Assembly: GCF_018977255.1 (NCBI RefSeq)
Contig: NW_024704742.1
Coordinates: forward strand, 19,594,001 to 19,658,000
From: Callorhinchus milii
Lineage: Eukaryota
DNA: 64,000 nt
Direction: 5' to 3'
Below, piece by piece: positions 52,401 to 63,721 of this stretch. The position numbers and the translations under genes were made by a program. How positions within the stretch are numbered: the first letter of the stretch is position 1; every line of letters begins with the position of its first letter. The notes below the pieces were generated by a model, which was given only the letters and a program-made list of their open reading frames with translations, was not told the DNA's origin and ran no database searches.

Positions 52401-55400
52401 GAATTTCCCAGAGTTAAAATTCCTATTGCTGAATGAACTTACAACCATGTTCTCACTTACATCAGAAAACTAACTGCTGAATATAAAGTCAGTTTACTGC
52501 TTTTTCACCAGCAAACAGACAGCTGACCATGTCTGGGAATTGGAGGCTGGAAGTAGTGTGATGAATGAAAGTAAGTCTTCAATTAATAACAATGATGGCA
52601 ATGAAAAAACAAAAACATATTTGTGAGATTCACTAAAGCTTGTGGCATATAAAACAAGGAGTGCATTATGGAAAATAACTAATGTTGCCCTCAGCTCCTG
52701 TTGGCACTTTCGTGCTCAATATTAGGGTAATACCAAATTGCCTTCTCTTCTAGATACTTTAAAAAGTTCCAATACTGTGGCTACGCCCCTCATGCTCGGA
52801 ATTGCAGACCTAACACAGATGGTATCTCCTCGTTCGAGAACCTCCTGGCTAACATTGTGCTCCGAGTCTTCATTTGGGTTGTCTCTGCCATTACGTGTTT
52901 TGGAAACATCTTCGTCATATGCATGAGACCTTACATCAGATCTGAGAACAAGCTTCACGCCATGTCCATAATGTCTCTCTGCTGTGAGTATACACTCTTG
53001 GGCATTCATTGCAAAAACCTTTTATCTTTCAATATTTTAACTCTACAAATGTTCTCGCCTTCTCTTCTCCTGAACAGATCTGATATCATTTTTTTGTTCT
53101 ACTGTGGTACATTGCCAGTCACTGGTGACCCAGCTTGTGAATGGTGGAGCTAGGGAGACCAGCAACTAGCACCTTAAAAGTAGGATGACCGTCTTGAATC
53201 ACTTAACAAATGTAATAGAAAGAGCCAAGCAGGAAGAACGGAGGGAAGAGTGCTAACAAAAAGCATAGCCAAAGGGATATGTCAAAAGCTTTTGGAGCCA
53301 GGGAAGTGTTGGAAAACTATTGGACCATGAGAGAAAATCATAGCCAAACCTTTAATATCACTGCACATTCATCTTCTACGAAGACATTTGGATAGTGATC
53401 AGAACCGAGAAGTCTCGCTGATTAGAAATAAAGTATAGCTTCACAGATTGTAGGACGTAGTGTTCCGAAGGGATCTGAAACTCTGGAACACCCTTCCTCT
53501 TTTCCTCCCCTTGCCCCTGCTCCCCCACCGCATCTCCCCCCCACCCCCCTCCACGGCCTTAGAGTCAGGCTCCATGACTATCAAGTGCTCAAAGATGCTA
53601 CCCTGCGTGAGGGGCGCTACATAAATGCAAGTTGTTGATGTTAAATGCAAGTTATTTTTGTTGAATATATGAGGGAGAAGGAAATGGAGGAATACAGAAG
53701 AGGGGATTAGGAGGGATGAAGGCTTATGTGGTGTAAAAATACTGGTGTTTCTATGAGTCCGAAACACTGATTGGGACGTCCTCCCGACGTGAAAGGCGCT
53801 ATACAAATGTAATTTTGTTGTTGTTGTTTCTCTTCCTAACGTGAACTAACTCAGAACAGACTGGGTTTGAATTTATGACCTATCAGTAAGGCCTAGTGCG
53901 ATACTGGGCAGTGATTTTACTCACTAAGTTATCGGGGAGTTCTGCTTTTTTCTATAGGGTGAAAATGGCAATGTTTCTTAACATGAAAAACATTACAATT
54001 TTCATCTCTTTTGTTTATTTTCTTTCTTATCCTCCTTTTCTGCTCTCTCTCCTGGTACACAAAAACAAGGAGATACACAAGAATAAAAACAGAAGTCACT
54101 GGGAACAAACAGCAGGTCGGGCAGCATCTATGGAGAGAGGAAAATTAGTTAACGTTTAGGTATATGACCTTTCGTCAGCTCTTTGACATTGCAGGTCAAT
54201 GACTGTTCTGAAGAAAGTTCATAGACCTGAAATGTTAACTAATTTTCCTCTCTCCATAGATGCTGCCTGATCTGATGTATGTTCCCGGTGACTTCTGTTT
54301 TTATTTCAGATTTCCAGCATCCGTAGTACTTTGCTTTTTGCAGATACACAAAAGTCTGCTTCCTGAATTCCATTTCACAGCCATCTGTTTGAGTTCCCTG
54401 TTTAGGTTTCACTGAAATTAGTTTCTTACTTAGCGTCTTCCAATTTACCCTTTATTTCAGGCACACTTAAAGACTTCAAGTTTCATTAAAATGAATGAGT
54501 TATTCAGTTGCATGGTGCTGATGGTTTATCTGTATAATGTGGTATGTTTATGCATGTGTGTTTTCTGGGTCACAAACTTCCCTGTTCTGGATGCGTAGAC
54601 ATCCTTCAGATGAGACATTAAACCAAGGTCTGTTTGCCTATCCAAGTCCCACCGTACTATTCAAAAGTTGAAGGGAGCTTCATTCGGTGTCCTGGCCAAC
54701 AATTGCTGAAATAAAATTGTTCATTTGCTTCATGCTGTTTGTGGAACATTGCTGTGTACAAAATTGACTGCAACACTTGCTTACAAAATACAGTCTCTAA
54801 TTCATTGTGCAGTAATTCCTGTGAAGTTCCTTTAAACATCTCAACGATGTGAAAGGGTATTATATCTAATACAAGAATAATTAATAATTATTAATGTTGT
54901 GTCTATCATGATAGACCCTCAACATGTGTTCATCATGATAAACCCAATGTTGTGTGTCTATCTTACACTATCTCCAGGGCAAATTTCCAGATCTTCAGAA
55001 CTCTAGTAGTTGAGTAGGATAATCAGTGATATTGAGCACATTTCCAACCATAACCCATGTCTTCATATTTTTGTAGCCTTGACCTGGCCAACAATCCTCC
55101 AACTAAATTAATCATTCATTTCAAGATTATTTACTGTGTGCAAATTGTATGCTGTGTTTACCTACAAATACACTGTCGTTGCACTTGACAACAATTATCT
55201 GTGAGGCACTTTGAGGCATTTCAACATTACTGAAACTATATCAAGTGCAATTATTATGAAGGTCAAATGAAGGCCAAAAACAACCCAAAGACACTGCTTT
55301 CCACCACCCGTCACCTCCTCCACGCACCCCTCTAGCTCCCTCTATCATCACATCAAACGCCAAGTGCAGCGAGGTCCTATGCTTCTTTGCCTCAAAGATT

Positions 55401-58400
55401 GGAAACATCCCCTTGGCTGCATCGTCCCCACCCCCCCATATCCCCTTTCACCTCACCCACACCATCCACACTACTTTCTTCCAATGTGATGGCTCCTGCC
55501 ACTCCCCTCTCTTTACACTGCTTTGCTCCCATTTCTCTCTCCTAACTCTCAGCCACAATCATCTGCATGAAGTTCACCACCTGCTGCCTCGATGCCCTAT
55601 TCACCCAGCTGCTGGTCACTCAACTCCCCCTTCTCTCCGCCCTGCTGGCTGACATGATCAACAAGTCTCTCTCCTCTGGCTCTGTTCTGCTCCCACTAAA
55701 AAACTCTGTTCTCGCACCCTTCCTCAAAAAATCCACCCTCGATCCCTCTAATCTCCCACACTACTGTCCCATCTCCAACCTTCCCTTCCCTGCCAAGTCC
55801 TGGAACTCATTGTTGCAAGTCAACTTAGGTCATACCGCTCCTTCTACTCCCTACTTAAGTGCTCTGATATGCTGTGTGGAGGGCACTATATAAGTCCAAT
55901 TTTTGTTGTTGTTGTTATTTTTATTACACCCTTTTCTGTATGTTCACTCTAGGTGCAGACTGCTTGATGGGGATATATCTTTTTGTGATCGGAGCTTATG
56001 ACCTTAAATATCGTGGCAAGTACAACAAGCATGCTCACCTGTGGATGGACAGTATGCAGTGTCGGATAACTGGGTCTTTGGCAATGCTGTCAACAGAAGT
56101 GTCCGTCTTACTCTTGTCCTACCTGACTTTGGAAAAATACCTCTGCATTGTTTATCCTTTCAGCAACCTGAAGCCAGGAAAGTACAGGACAGTTTCCATT
56201 CTGATCCTTATCTGGTGTGTGGGGTTTGCCATTGCGTTCACTCCCCTGATGAGTAACGATGTATTTAAGAATTACTATGGCACAAATGGAGTGTGTTTTC
56301 CACTGCACTCAGAACAGATGGAGTCTTACAGAGCACAGGCCTATTCCGTTGTCATTTTTCTTGGTAAGTTTGAAGCAAGCCATTCTTTTCATCTTTATGG
56401 TTTTTAATGTTGCATATGCCAGGCAATCATTTCATTTACGAAACAACATTCCCATCTCTGTCTTGTGTTTAGTTAATGGATCTTAGTTGAAAAAGCAATA
56501 GGAAGACAGCTGGTCTTGCACCTGTGGGCAAGAGAGGAAAACATTCAGCCAGAGTTCCCCAATCACCTTTTTTTTGTTTTGCATATCCACAGTAAAGCTG
56601 GAAGTAATGATAACTGCAATTTAATGACTCCAAAATTGGCCATTTTAGCACAAATGGAGCGTGGGCAAGGTCGGTGGAAAACAAATGGGCCAGCTACCCA
56701 TAACCAAATTTGCACTACAGTGAAGTGTATTATAATGGGGTTGCAGTGTACCTTTTAAATGCTGTTATGAACTCAGTTTCAACAGTCATTTTGATAAGGT
56801 ATACCACATTCTCTGGGTAAACTAAATTCTTCTGACCTCCCTAGAAGTACTGAAGTATTAAAAGCACTAAAATGTTTGGTTTGAATTTAATTGTTAGATA
56901 GTTTTAGCAGAGCAGGACACTTAGAAACAACTCAAATGTCAGTGGAAACTCAGTTTGAAAAACATTTTTTGTGTTTTTTTTGCAGGTGTGAACTTGATTG
57001 CTTTCATAGTGATAATATTTTCCTACGCAAGCATGTTCCACAGTATTCATCAGACAGGTGCAATGGCAACAGAAATCAGCAACCACATTAAAAAGGAAGT
57101 AACCATCGCCAAGCGCTTCTTTTTCATTGTCTTCACAGATGCGCTTTGTTGGATTCCTATTTTCGTATTAAAAATTCTGTCCGTGCTTCAGGTCGAAATA
57201 CCAGGTAAGTCAGTCACTCCCCCTTCCTACATTTAAAGACCAATAATTATAATAATAATGCTTACATTTCATACAATGCCTTTCATGTCAAGATGTACCC
57301 AAGCACTTCACAAGATATATTGTAGTGAAGTTATTGCGTTGTTTGGGCAAACACAGCAGCCAATTTTATGCACAGGAAAGACCCACAAACAGCCATGGAG
57401 TGAATGACTTTGCTGTATTATTGGCCAGGACATCAGGAGAAACTTTCTTCTCTTTTTGAGAAGAGAAATAAACCTAAAGAGACCAAGTGCTAGATGCAAA
57501 AGCAATACATTTCAAAATGGTCAGTATTAGTTTCTAATAATTACTTCACTAAAAACACATGGCATAGGCTATTTACCATTCTCTTCAATGCATTTTAATG
57601 CAACTGACAATTCTTCAGTAAGATAATTGGATCACAATTTGAAGTATATAAATGTATTGTTAGGAGCAACATATATTGCTAGAGCTTAAGTCATAGCTTC
57701 TTTCGAGCACTGCTCCCTGGAACAATTAATGAAACAATGAGATCGTAGTTTCCAATATGCTTAGAAACAATAGCACCAATTTCTCAGGAAATCAACAGGA
57801 TACATTGCTCTCCTAACGGAAGATCAAATACAATTCCAAACAATTAAAGTTGAAACTCCAATATCATCTTATCTTATTGTTGATTATTTATGAACATTAA
57901 CAAAAATATCACCAACATTTCAAAATAGACAGAAATTATGCTTGTTTTGTTGGGACGTGCTCCTGACGTGAAAAGCGCCATACAAATGTTGTTGCTGTTG
58001 CTTACCTGCTTCTCCTGAAACCAAATGCAGATGGATAATTGTACCTGTATCAACCACGAGAGGGCACTCACAAACAGCTAAACTTGTGCTCACTGTGCAA
58101 TACAATTAGTGAAGCAAATTGGGCAGATTGTTCTTTCAGAGCCAACACAGGTAACAATGGGCCACAAGACCTTATGTTCAGTAACAATCTGACACTGTGT
58201 TTAGATGAGATTCTTTGAAGTGCCTATAATACAATATCACAGGAAATAAGACATATTTATACTCTCAGCACCCGCAGTGATTGTATAGTGAGGGCCTGGT
58301 ATGAATGTAACTGCAGGGCTTATCGTAGGTTCTTGATGTTTGCATTTTCTTTTTTTTTAAATATGCAGGTTCAATAAGTTCATGGGTGGTCATATTCATA

Positions 58401-58643
58401 TTGCCAATTAACAGCGCACTGAACCCAATCCTCTACACTATAACAACTCGTCCATTCAAAGAAATGATACTACAGTGCTGGTACAACTATAAAAAGAGAG
58501 GAAGCAATGGAAGCCAGAAAAACTCTGCGCCATCGTTCATCCTCTTGGAAATGTGGCCATTACAAGAGACTATACCAACAGTAACAAGAACTGAAATCTT
58601 TCAAAATACATCAGAAGATTCACTCAATCCCGAGACACCATGA
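25344..58643 (+). CDS. rxfp1: Relaxin family peptide receptor 1-like (LGR7-type GPCR), spliced CDS of 17 exons, 5' end incomplete: join(25344..25493,26461..26547,30340..30448,30534..30605,32266..32337,40132..40203,42715..42786,42883..42957,46016..46087,47430..47501,48219..48290,50864..50935,51951..52022,52754..52983,55953..56363,56986..57204,58369..58643)
   Basis: All introns are GT-AG with matching phases. Translation gives LDLa, linker, LRRNT, LRRs, hinge [13 protein letters not shown], then 7TM with [41 protein letters not shown] and [12 protein letters not shown]. Exon sizes 72/75/230/411/219 match the RXFP1 pattern as I recall it. Ortholog versus paralog is unresolved. Confidence 0.95.
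26461..26547 (+). CDS. rxfp1: RXFP1-like exon 3: LDLa-LRR linker
   Basis: tttgattgcag|...tgta|gtaagt; (E)[28 protein letters not shown] with DxxGWxxxF motif; 87 nt, phase 1-1. Confidence 0.9.
30340..30448 (+). CDS. rxfp1: RXFP1-like exon 4: LRRNT cap
   Basis: tttgtgtag|...ct|gtaagt; (N)[35 protein letters not shown]; 109 nt, phase 1-2. Confidence 0.92.
30534..30605 (+). CDS. rxfp1: RXFP1-like exon 5: LRR
   Basis: 72 nt, phase 2-2; [23 protein letters not shown]; ccag/gtaagt. Confidence 0.93.
32266..32337 (+). CDS. rxfp1: RXFP1-like exon 6: LRR
   Basis: 72 nt; [23 protein letters not shown]; ttcag/gtgagt. Confidence 0.95.
32933..33090 (-). mobile_element. Deu-domain SINE 3' part
   Basis: (aat)n tail and agccaattgctcacagcagtgtcccacaaac. 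Similar tails near 29900, 30925, 34524, 39094, 43486, 44601 and 57242. Confidence 0.8.
33740..33875 (+). mobile_element. L2 LINE 3' end
   Basis: gactgtccagtgccttgggatatcttcccgacgtgaaaggc. Confidence 0.7.
37222..37928 (-). mobile_element. 5'-truncated L2 LINE
   Basis: Reverse complement of the ORF2 C-terminus and 3' UTR seen at 15440-16070, with (aac)n tail. Confidence 0.9.
40132..40203 (+). CDS. rxfp1: RXFP1-like exon 7: LRR
   Basis: 72 nt; [23 protein letters not shown]; ttcag/gtaagt. Confidence 0.95.
42355..42580 (+). mobile_element. Palindromic non-autonomous Penelope-like element with hammerhead core
   Basis: ~93-bp near-perfect inverted arms; TSD TTCC(C/G)AAATTCCTGA at 42340-42354 and 42581-42595. 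Confidence 0.8.
42446..42480 (+). ncRNA. Minimal type-I hammerhead ribozyme motif
   Basis: CUGACGA (42449-55), A, stem II GGGUC/GACCC, GAAA (42470-73), palindromic ACGU, GUU triplet; stem I only ~3 bp (guu/gac). Confidence 0.6.
42715..42786 (+). CDS. rxfp1: RXFP1-like exon 8: LRR
   Basis: 72 nt; [23 protein letters not shown]; ttcag/gtaagt. Confidence 0.95.
42883..42957 (+). CDS. rxfp1: RXFP1-like exon 9: LRR (75 nt)
   Basis: [24 protein letters not shown]; tgtag/gtaaga. Confidence 0.95.
43183..43400 (+). mobile_element. Deu-domain SINE, partial
   Basis: gacctgggttcaattccc B box, ggcaaatttccttacttcacac, cctctgttcacctagcagtaagtagg. Confidence 0.75.
46016..46087 (+). CDS. rxfp1: RXFP1-like exon 10: LRR
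   Basis: 72 nt; [23 protein letters not shown]; tttag/gtaagt. Confidence 0.93.
47430..47501 (+). CDS. rxfp1: RXFP1-like exon 11: LRR
   Basis: 72 nt; [23 protein letters not shown]; ttcag/gtaagt. Confidence 0.93.
48219..48290 (+). CDS. rxfp1: RXFP1-like exon 12: LRR
   Basis: 72 nt; [23 protein letters not shown]; cacag/gtaatt. Confidence 0.94.
49143..49905 (-). mobile_element. 5'-truncated L2 LINE
   Basis: Minus [33 protein letters not shown]...[12 protein letters not shown] plus 3' UTR and (aac)n tail. Confidence 0.92.
50497..50568 (-). pseudogene. Decayed tRNA-Gly-like copy (tRNA pseudogene or isolated SINE head)
   Basis: Reverse complement acaatggagtggctcaagggtagaattcccacctttgaagcaggaggcccgagttcaattcctagcaaatgc is colinear with vertebrate tRNA-Gly; stems disrupted, many CpG-type transitions. 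Confidence 0.6.
50864..50935 (+). CDS. rxfp1: RXFP1-like exon 13: LRR
   Basis: 72 nt; [23 protein letters not shown]; tgcag/gtaagt. Confidence 0.95.
51951..52022 (+). CDS. rxfp1: RXFP1-like exon 14: last LRR
   Basis: 72 nt; [23 protein letters not shown]; tgcag/gtaagt. Confidence 0.94.
52754..52983 (+). CDS. rxfp1: RXFP1-like exon 15: hinge and TM1
   Basis: 230 nt; [76 protein letters not shown]. Confidence 0.97.
54081..54341 (+). mobile_element. Palindromic Penelope-like element, second subfamily
   Basis: Inverted arms ~54082-54178 and ~54208-54305; 10-bp TSD AGATACACAA (54071-54080 and 54342-54351); degenerate CTGANGA...GAAA cores. Confidence 0.78.
55280..55820 (+). mobile_element. L2 LINE ORF2 internal fragment
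   Basis: [13 protein letters not shown]...[11 protein letters not shown]...[22 protein letters not shown], matching the L2 N-terminal RT region. Confidence 0.85.
55953..56363 (+). CDS. rxfp1: RXFP1-like exon 16: TM2-TM5
   Basis: 411 nt; [13 protein letters not shown]...[12 protein letters not shown]...[13 protein letters not shown]...YSVVIFL; ctag/gtaagt. Confidence 0.97.
56986..57204 (+). CDS. rxfp1: RXFP1-like exon 17: TM5-TM6
   Basis: 219 nt; [17 protein letters not shown]...[32 protein letters not shown]. Confidence 0.97.
58369..58643 (+). CDS. rxfp1: RXFP1-like exon 18: TM7 and C-terminal tail, TGA stop
   Basis: [41 protein letters not shown]...[14 protein letters not shown]...NPETP*. 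Confidence 0.96.
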
Positions 58644-59073
58644 AGCTGGACTCTTAGCACACACACACACAAAACTTCTAGAACATTTTGTATCAAAAAC
58701 TTTAGCACGAGGTGGTATTCTTACACACAGAGTGATCACATTTGGCTAAAGATCTGGAGGATCTGGTTGAAAACATTGCCAAGATTTTAGCATAATAAAA
58801 AAAACTTCATCTTATTTATTTTTGGGGCAAAGCTTAAATTCTGATTATGTTTTGCCTTGTGGCATTGTTGAGACACTTCCGTACTTCAAATTGGATGTAA
58901 CTTCCATATTACATGTAAAAAGTGAGCACAGCTCTTTGGTGTGTTATCATACATCTTGTTTACACAGTTTGATACCTCAGAACGACAACGAGTGACTTGA
59001 ACCATGTTTTAATGAATTGTTTCAGTGGCTTTGCACGTTGTATTAATGCTTTGTGTAGAACTTTTACTATTTA

Positions 59074-59079
59074 AATAAA
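59074..59079 (+). promoter_or_regulatory. Candidate polyadenylation signal of the receptor gene (alternatives at 58794 and 60166)
   Basis: AATAAA ~430 nt downstream of the stop codon. Confidence 0.4.
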
Positions 59080-59604
59080 TGCTCTATTTGTATGAAGTAC
59101 AGGATTATCTTTGAAGGTGTCTTAATTGCAGCTCATAAGCAATGAGAGGCGATGGCAACAACAACTGTGGTCTGCTGCTCGTCAGTTTGAAATAACTGAA
59201 ATAACTTTGCCTAATGTTGTTTTGTGGGCATCACTCAGCCTCTGTAATTTGGATGTTTGTGCGTGTACCTAAGCCAAATATGTTAGAAAGTCACCTTGAG
59301 CACTGCAGCATGTAGATAGTGCAAGGTCAATCTGCATGAACAACTGCTAGCCTTGGCACAAGAGGCCTTGGCAATGCCATAGAGATGTCATTGTGGTCTC
59401 CTCTAGTCAAATGCGTTAGTTTAAAAAATCTAAAAATCATATTACGATATTCCCATCTGCAAAGGTTACACCTCCTTGTACTAATATATGAACACTGTTG
59501 TGAATATTTAACAAGAGTAATTTAATATATTATAATGTGCTGTGTCTTTACTATGAATAGTTTGGTTTGTACAATCTTGTTGTTGCTACATGTTATTTAA
59601 CAGG

Positions 59605-60003
59605 AGGGAGGTTTGGCTGGCTTAGTAGCTTCAAATCCAGTCCCAAACCATAGGATGAAGTCTCTTCTCTCTACTAACAGTACAGGTGAGATTGGTTTGC
59701 TCATTGCAATTCTAGTTTCCCAGTGGGGATGAGCCTTGTTATCGGCATTGTTATGAAATTGAGATTACCTCTCAGACAAGGCAGAACGGTGGCGGATGTG
59801 GGAACTGACGATGTATATTATACCGCTGGTGAAATAGAAGCTACTCTTAAAGTTGTGGTTGGGCTATTGCTGGGGCAAAATGGAGGGAGCTTTATTTTGC
59901 ATCTGGCCTATCTTATATACCTGACAGTGCTTGATGCTGACACTGAGTGCCAAAAATGGAAGATCCATTTCCCAGCACTGACATCACTTATCATGTTGAG
60001 CAC
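59605..60003 (+). mobile_element. Second ancient LF-SINE-like element
   Basis: Shares taggatgaa(a)gtctct, agtt(t)cccagtg, tctggcct..gct..gatgctg and terminal gagcac blocks with 6240-6590. Confidence 0.55.
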
Positions 60004-62939
60004 AACTGCTCATTGATTAGTTACCATACTGTGAATATTTTCTGTAGATATTATCTAAGACAATAATAGAACTGTAAAAAAAATTCAAATTTTCTGAAAC
60101 ATTTTCAATTGCAATGAAAACTTGGACAAATTATTGTATTGTGAACTTTAACTTACTGTCAAACAAATAAAATGCTAAAAGCAATATAGCTTCCAGATTT
60201 GCCAACAATGTTGAACTCTTTCAGCTCATTGGACAGCATACCATATCCCCTGAGGTAAAATATAATTTGCAGATACAAAGCCAGGTTGAAATAAATAGAA
60301 ACTGTCATCAGCTAAATGGCCTGTTCAAATTCTATTTAATTTCTTGCACTATTTGCATTACTAAACTATTTGCTCAAATGATTCAAGAGAAATCAATTAA
60401 TTTGAGATCTAAGTAGCCCGCTGAGGCCTGAAAGTCCATTTAGGATTGTAAAACTATTCTGTCTTAAAACTTGATATTGCACAGAATTGTTGAAGGTGCA
60501 TCCTTCAGATAAGTCGATAAAACTAAGGTCCCGTCAGCCTGTTTGTGTGGACATTAAAGATCCCATGGAAATATTCAAAAGGAGAAGGAAGTTTTTTCTG
60601 GTGTCCTGGCCAAAATCCCCACCGCCCACCCCCACCCCCCCCACACAAAAAATATTCATATTTCATGACTGTCGCACATTGCTGTGAAAACATTGGCAGT
60701 TGTGTTCACCTACAAATACACAGACCTATACTTTACAGTAAATTGCAGTGCTTTAAGACGTCTCAACAATGTAATATGAAATGCAAAGGTTACTATACTA
60801 TTATATCATAATTGAAATCGTAAATTCAGGCTTAATTTGGAAGTCAATTTTCTACTATTCTTAAAAAGAACCGATTTCCAGTTTAAGATGAAATGTAACA
60901 ATGTTCCATAATTCTGCGTGAATTTATATTTTAAGACAATATAGATTTATAGGAATACTGCCAGGGGTAATAGGAATTTCAGACAACGCATCAGAGCCTG
61001 TGGTGAATGAGAGACACTGGGGAGAAAATAAAGGGAGCCATACCCTCAAAAGAAATGATTATGCATTACTGATTCAGGGTACCCATTAGTATAATCGTGC
61101 AGCACATCAGTACGAGGTAGGTTGGTAAAATTTATGGCATTTGCATATCTAGGATCAATATCAGGCTTTGGCTTGAGGTGATGTCTTCTTGCTTCACCAA
61201 TGATACCAAACAGCCTGGTCAAACATCAATAATCCCTTTGGATTACAGTTTCTCAGAATCAATCAACATTTTTTTAAAAAACAAAACCTTTTATCAAGCT
61301 TAAAAAGACAAGGGCCTGAATGGAAGCAACCACTTCAAACGCAGAATATTCCTGGCTCAAGTGCAGTGCCTCACAACTGAAATTACAGTAATTCATTGCA
61401 TACCACTGCCAGTTATGGCTCTATTTATACATACATTTCAAAACCTTTTAATAAGTTTTTTGGCATCAGAGTTCCACAATTCCACCTAATGTTAAACTGT
61501 TAGACCATTTTTCTCAAAATTAAAGTTTACGCACAATTGTACAAATCCTTGAAATCAATCTGAATTTGGAACCAGATCCTCTTTGAGAAGCGGCTTCCAA
61601 ATTAAGATTCAATTTAAGAATTTTTCACAGTTGTGAGCAATATTACATTTGAAGACAAAATGGTAATTCAGACAGATTACATGAAATTTCAAGCCTCAAA
61701 AGTGTGGATATGGAACAAATAGTTCACTCATTTGATTGACAGTTGTCATTACTTCTTCACATATTTTTCTCCTTGAGATCAATGGGCCATTTGCTGCTTT
61801 GAAGGCTGGTTGTTCGCCAGCCACAATCATTTTGACTTTCTTACCCAACAGCCATCGCAACTGGTTTCCCAACCAAGTGTAACCCATTTATACCAACCAT
61901 TGAACTGCTGCCCTGTTGATTGGCCACTTTGCTGTGATTCCTACAGACTTTAAGGAGGACTTGTGGGATTATTTCAGAGCAGGTTGAATTTCCAGAGAGG
62001 CTAACAACTGTCAATATGGATTTCCGAATCACCTACATAAAAGGTGCCATAATTAGAGTTTTTTCAGTCAAATATGAAAGCAAAATGTTTGTAAACCAAA
62101 TACTGTCTTCAATCAGTAATATAAACACACTGCAGGTTTGCACCAAACAATACCCGAGAGATTTGGGAAGAAAGCCCTTTGGCTCATTTGATTCCAATTT
62201 TCCAAAACAACATCAAGTTGTTTCTTAATTAAGTTTGGGGTCCTGATTCACTTCAGTCATTAGTTACCTTCCATGAAGAAAAATACTTCCTGGTGTGAAC
62301 AACATTATTCATTTTGAGAAAGGATGAGAGGAATAGCACTTCTAGTCCTCTACAAAACATTCAGCTACTTTCACAAACACCTACTTTTGAGGAAAGGACA
62401 GGGACATTTAATTCAAAGCATTTATTACATAGTGTGACATAAAATAATGCACAGATAATATTCCTGTGTTGCCCGTTCTCTCCAGAGTCTATTGATGAAT
62501 TTAAACCATGTTTACTTTCAAAACGGTCATAACTGATCCATTGTTATTCAGCTCTTTTCAGTCTAAAGTCTGAGTTTGTGAGATACAAATGATTCACTGC
62601 TACAACTCAGCCCCACAAAGGAAACCTCTTATCTTCTAATGAGAACATAAGGTGCAAGCTTCTGGAGATATTTTTGTGTTGGGAGGAGGATAAAGAGCAA
62701 TGAAGCCAGTAGAGCAGAGTTTAGACCCATTCCATTGTCCATCTGTGAAGGAGTGTGTGTATTTATGGTCAGCAAGGAATAGGATTGTGCTTCATATGAT
62801 CAGTGCTACGATCAAAAACCCTGCTGCCTGCTTACCATTTTGGGTTCATTTTGACAAATGCTCACTGGTGTAAGGTACCAGGGCTCTCACTGATAAGCCA
62901 ATGTCCTCATTATTCTATTTGAAGGGACTATTCACAAAT

Positions 62940-63449
62940 CCAGCTCATTCAGAACTCTGCCGCCCACACACTGACCCGGACCAAACTCTGTACCCGTCTC
63001 ACCAGTTCTGACCAGGCTCCACTGGCTCCCCCTCACTGAACGGATCGACTTCAAGATCCTCACTCGTGTTCAAATTCATTCGCTCCCTGGCACCTCCCTA
63101 TCTCTCCGACCTCCTCACTCCCCAATCCACCACCCGGCACCTCCGCTCGACTGGCACCGGCCTCCTGCTCGTCCCTCGCACCCTCCACCCCACCATTAGA
63201 GGTTGTGCTTTCAGCCACTGCGCCCCAAAACTCTGGAACACTCTCCCTCAATCCCTTCGCCTTGACCTCTCTCTCACCTCTTTCAAGTCCTGCCTGAAAT
63301 CTTTCCTGTTCGACCATGTTTACGGCCACCTCCCTCCTCCCCCTGCTCGGAGTCAGGCTCCGCCACTTTTAAGCGCTCTGAGACACTACCCTGAGTGGAG
63401 GGCATTGTTATTGTTATGTCTAAGTATGAATAAGTGCAAGTTGTTGTTG
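62940..63449 (+). mobile_element. L2 LINE 3' region (different subfamily), with a short L2 tail appended at ~63450-63517
   Basis: QNSAA..L, LHWLP..ERIDFKIL, LAPPYLSDLL, AFSHCAPKLWNTLP, FKSCLKSFLF. Confidence 0.9.
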
Positions 63450-63721
63450 CCTTGGGATGTCCTTCCGACATGAAAGGCGGAAATACAATTGCAATTTTGT
63501 TCTTTTTGTTGTTGTTATGTCTAATTATGAATTCCTCTCAAACTATCACCACAAGAAATATGTGAATAAGGACAGGGCTAGGCTTCATGGTTTCCAAGGA
63601 GATACAATATCCAGGTTTGTATATGAATATTGCATTGACCATTTGGGAAGAACACCAACTTCTGAATATCAAGAGATTTTGTGGCACTTATCCTTTAAAC
63701 CCTGTGTTCAATACTCATTTA

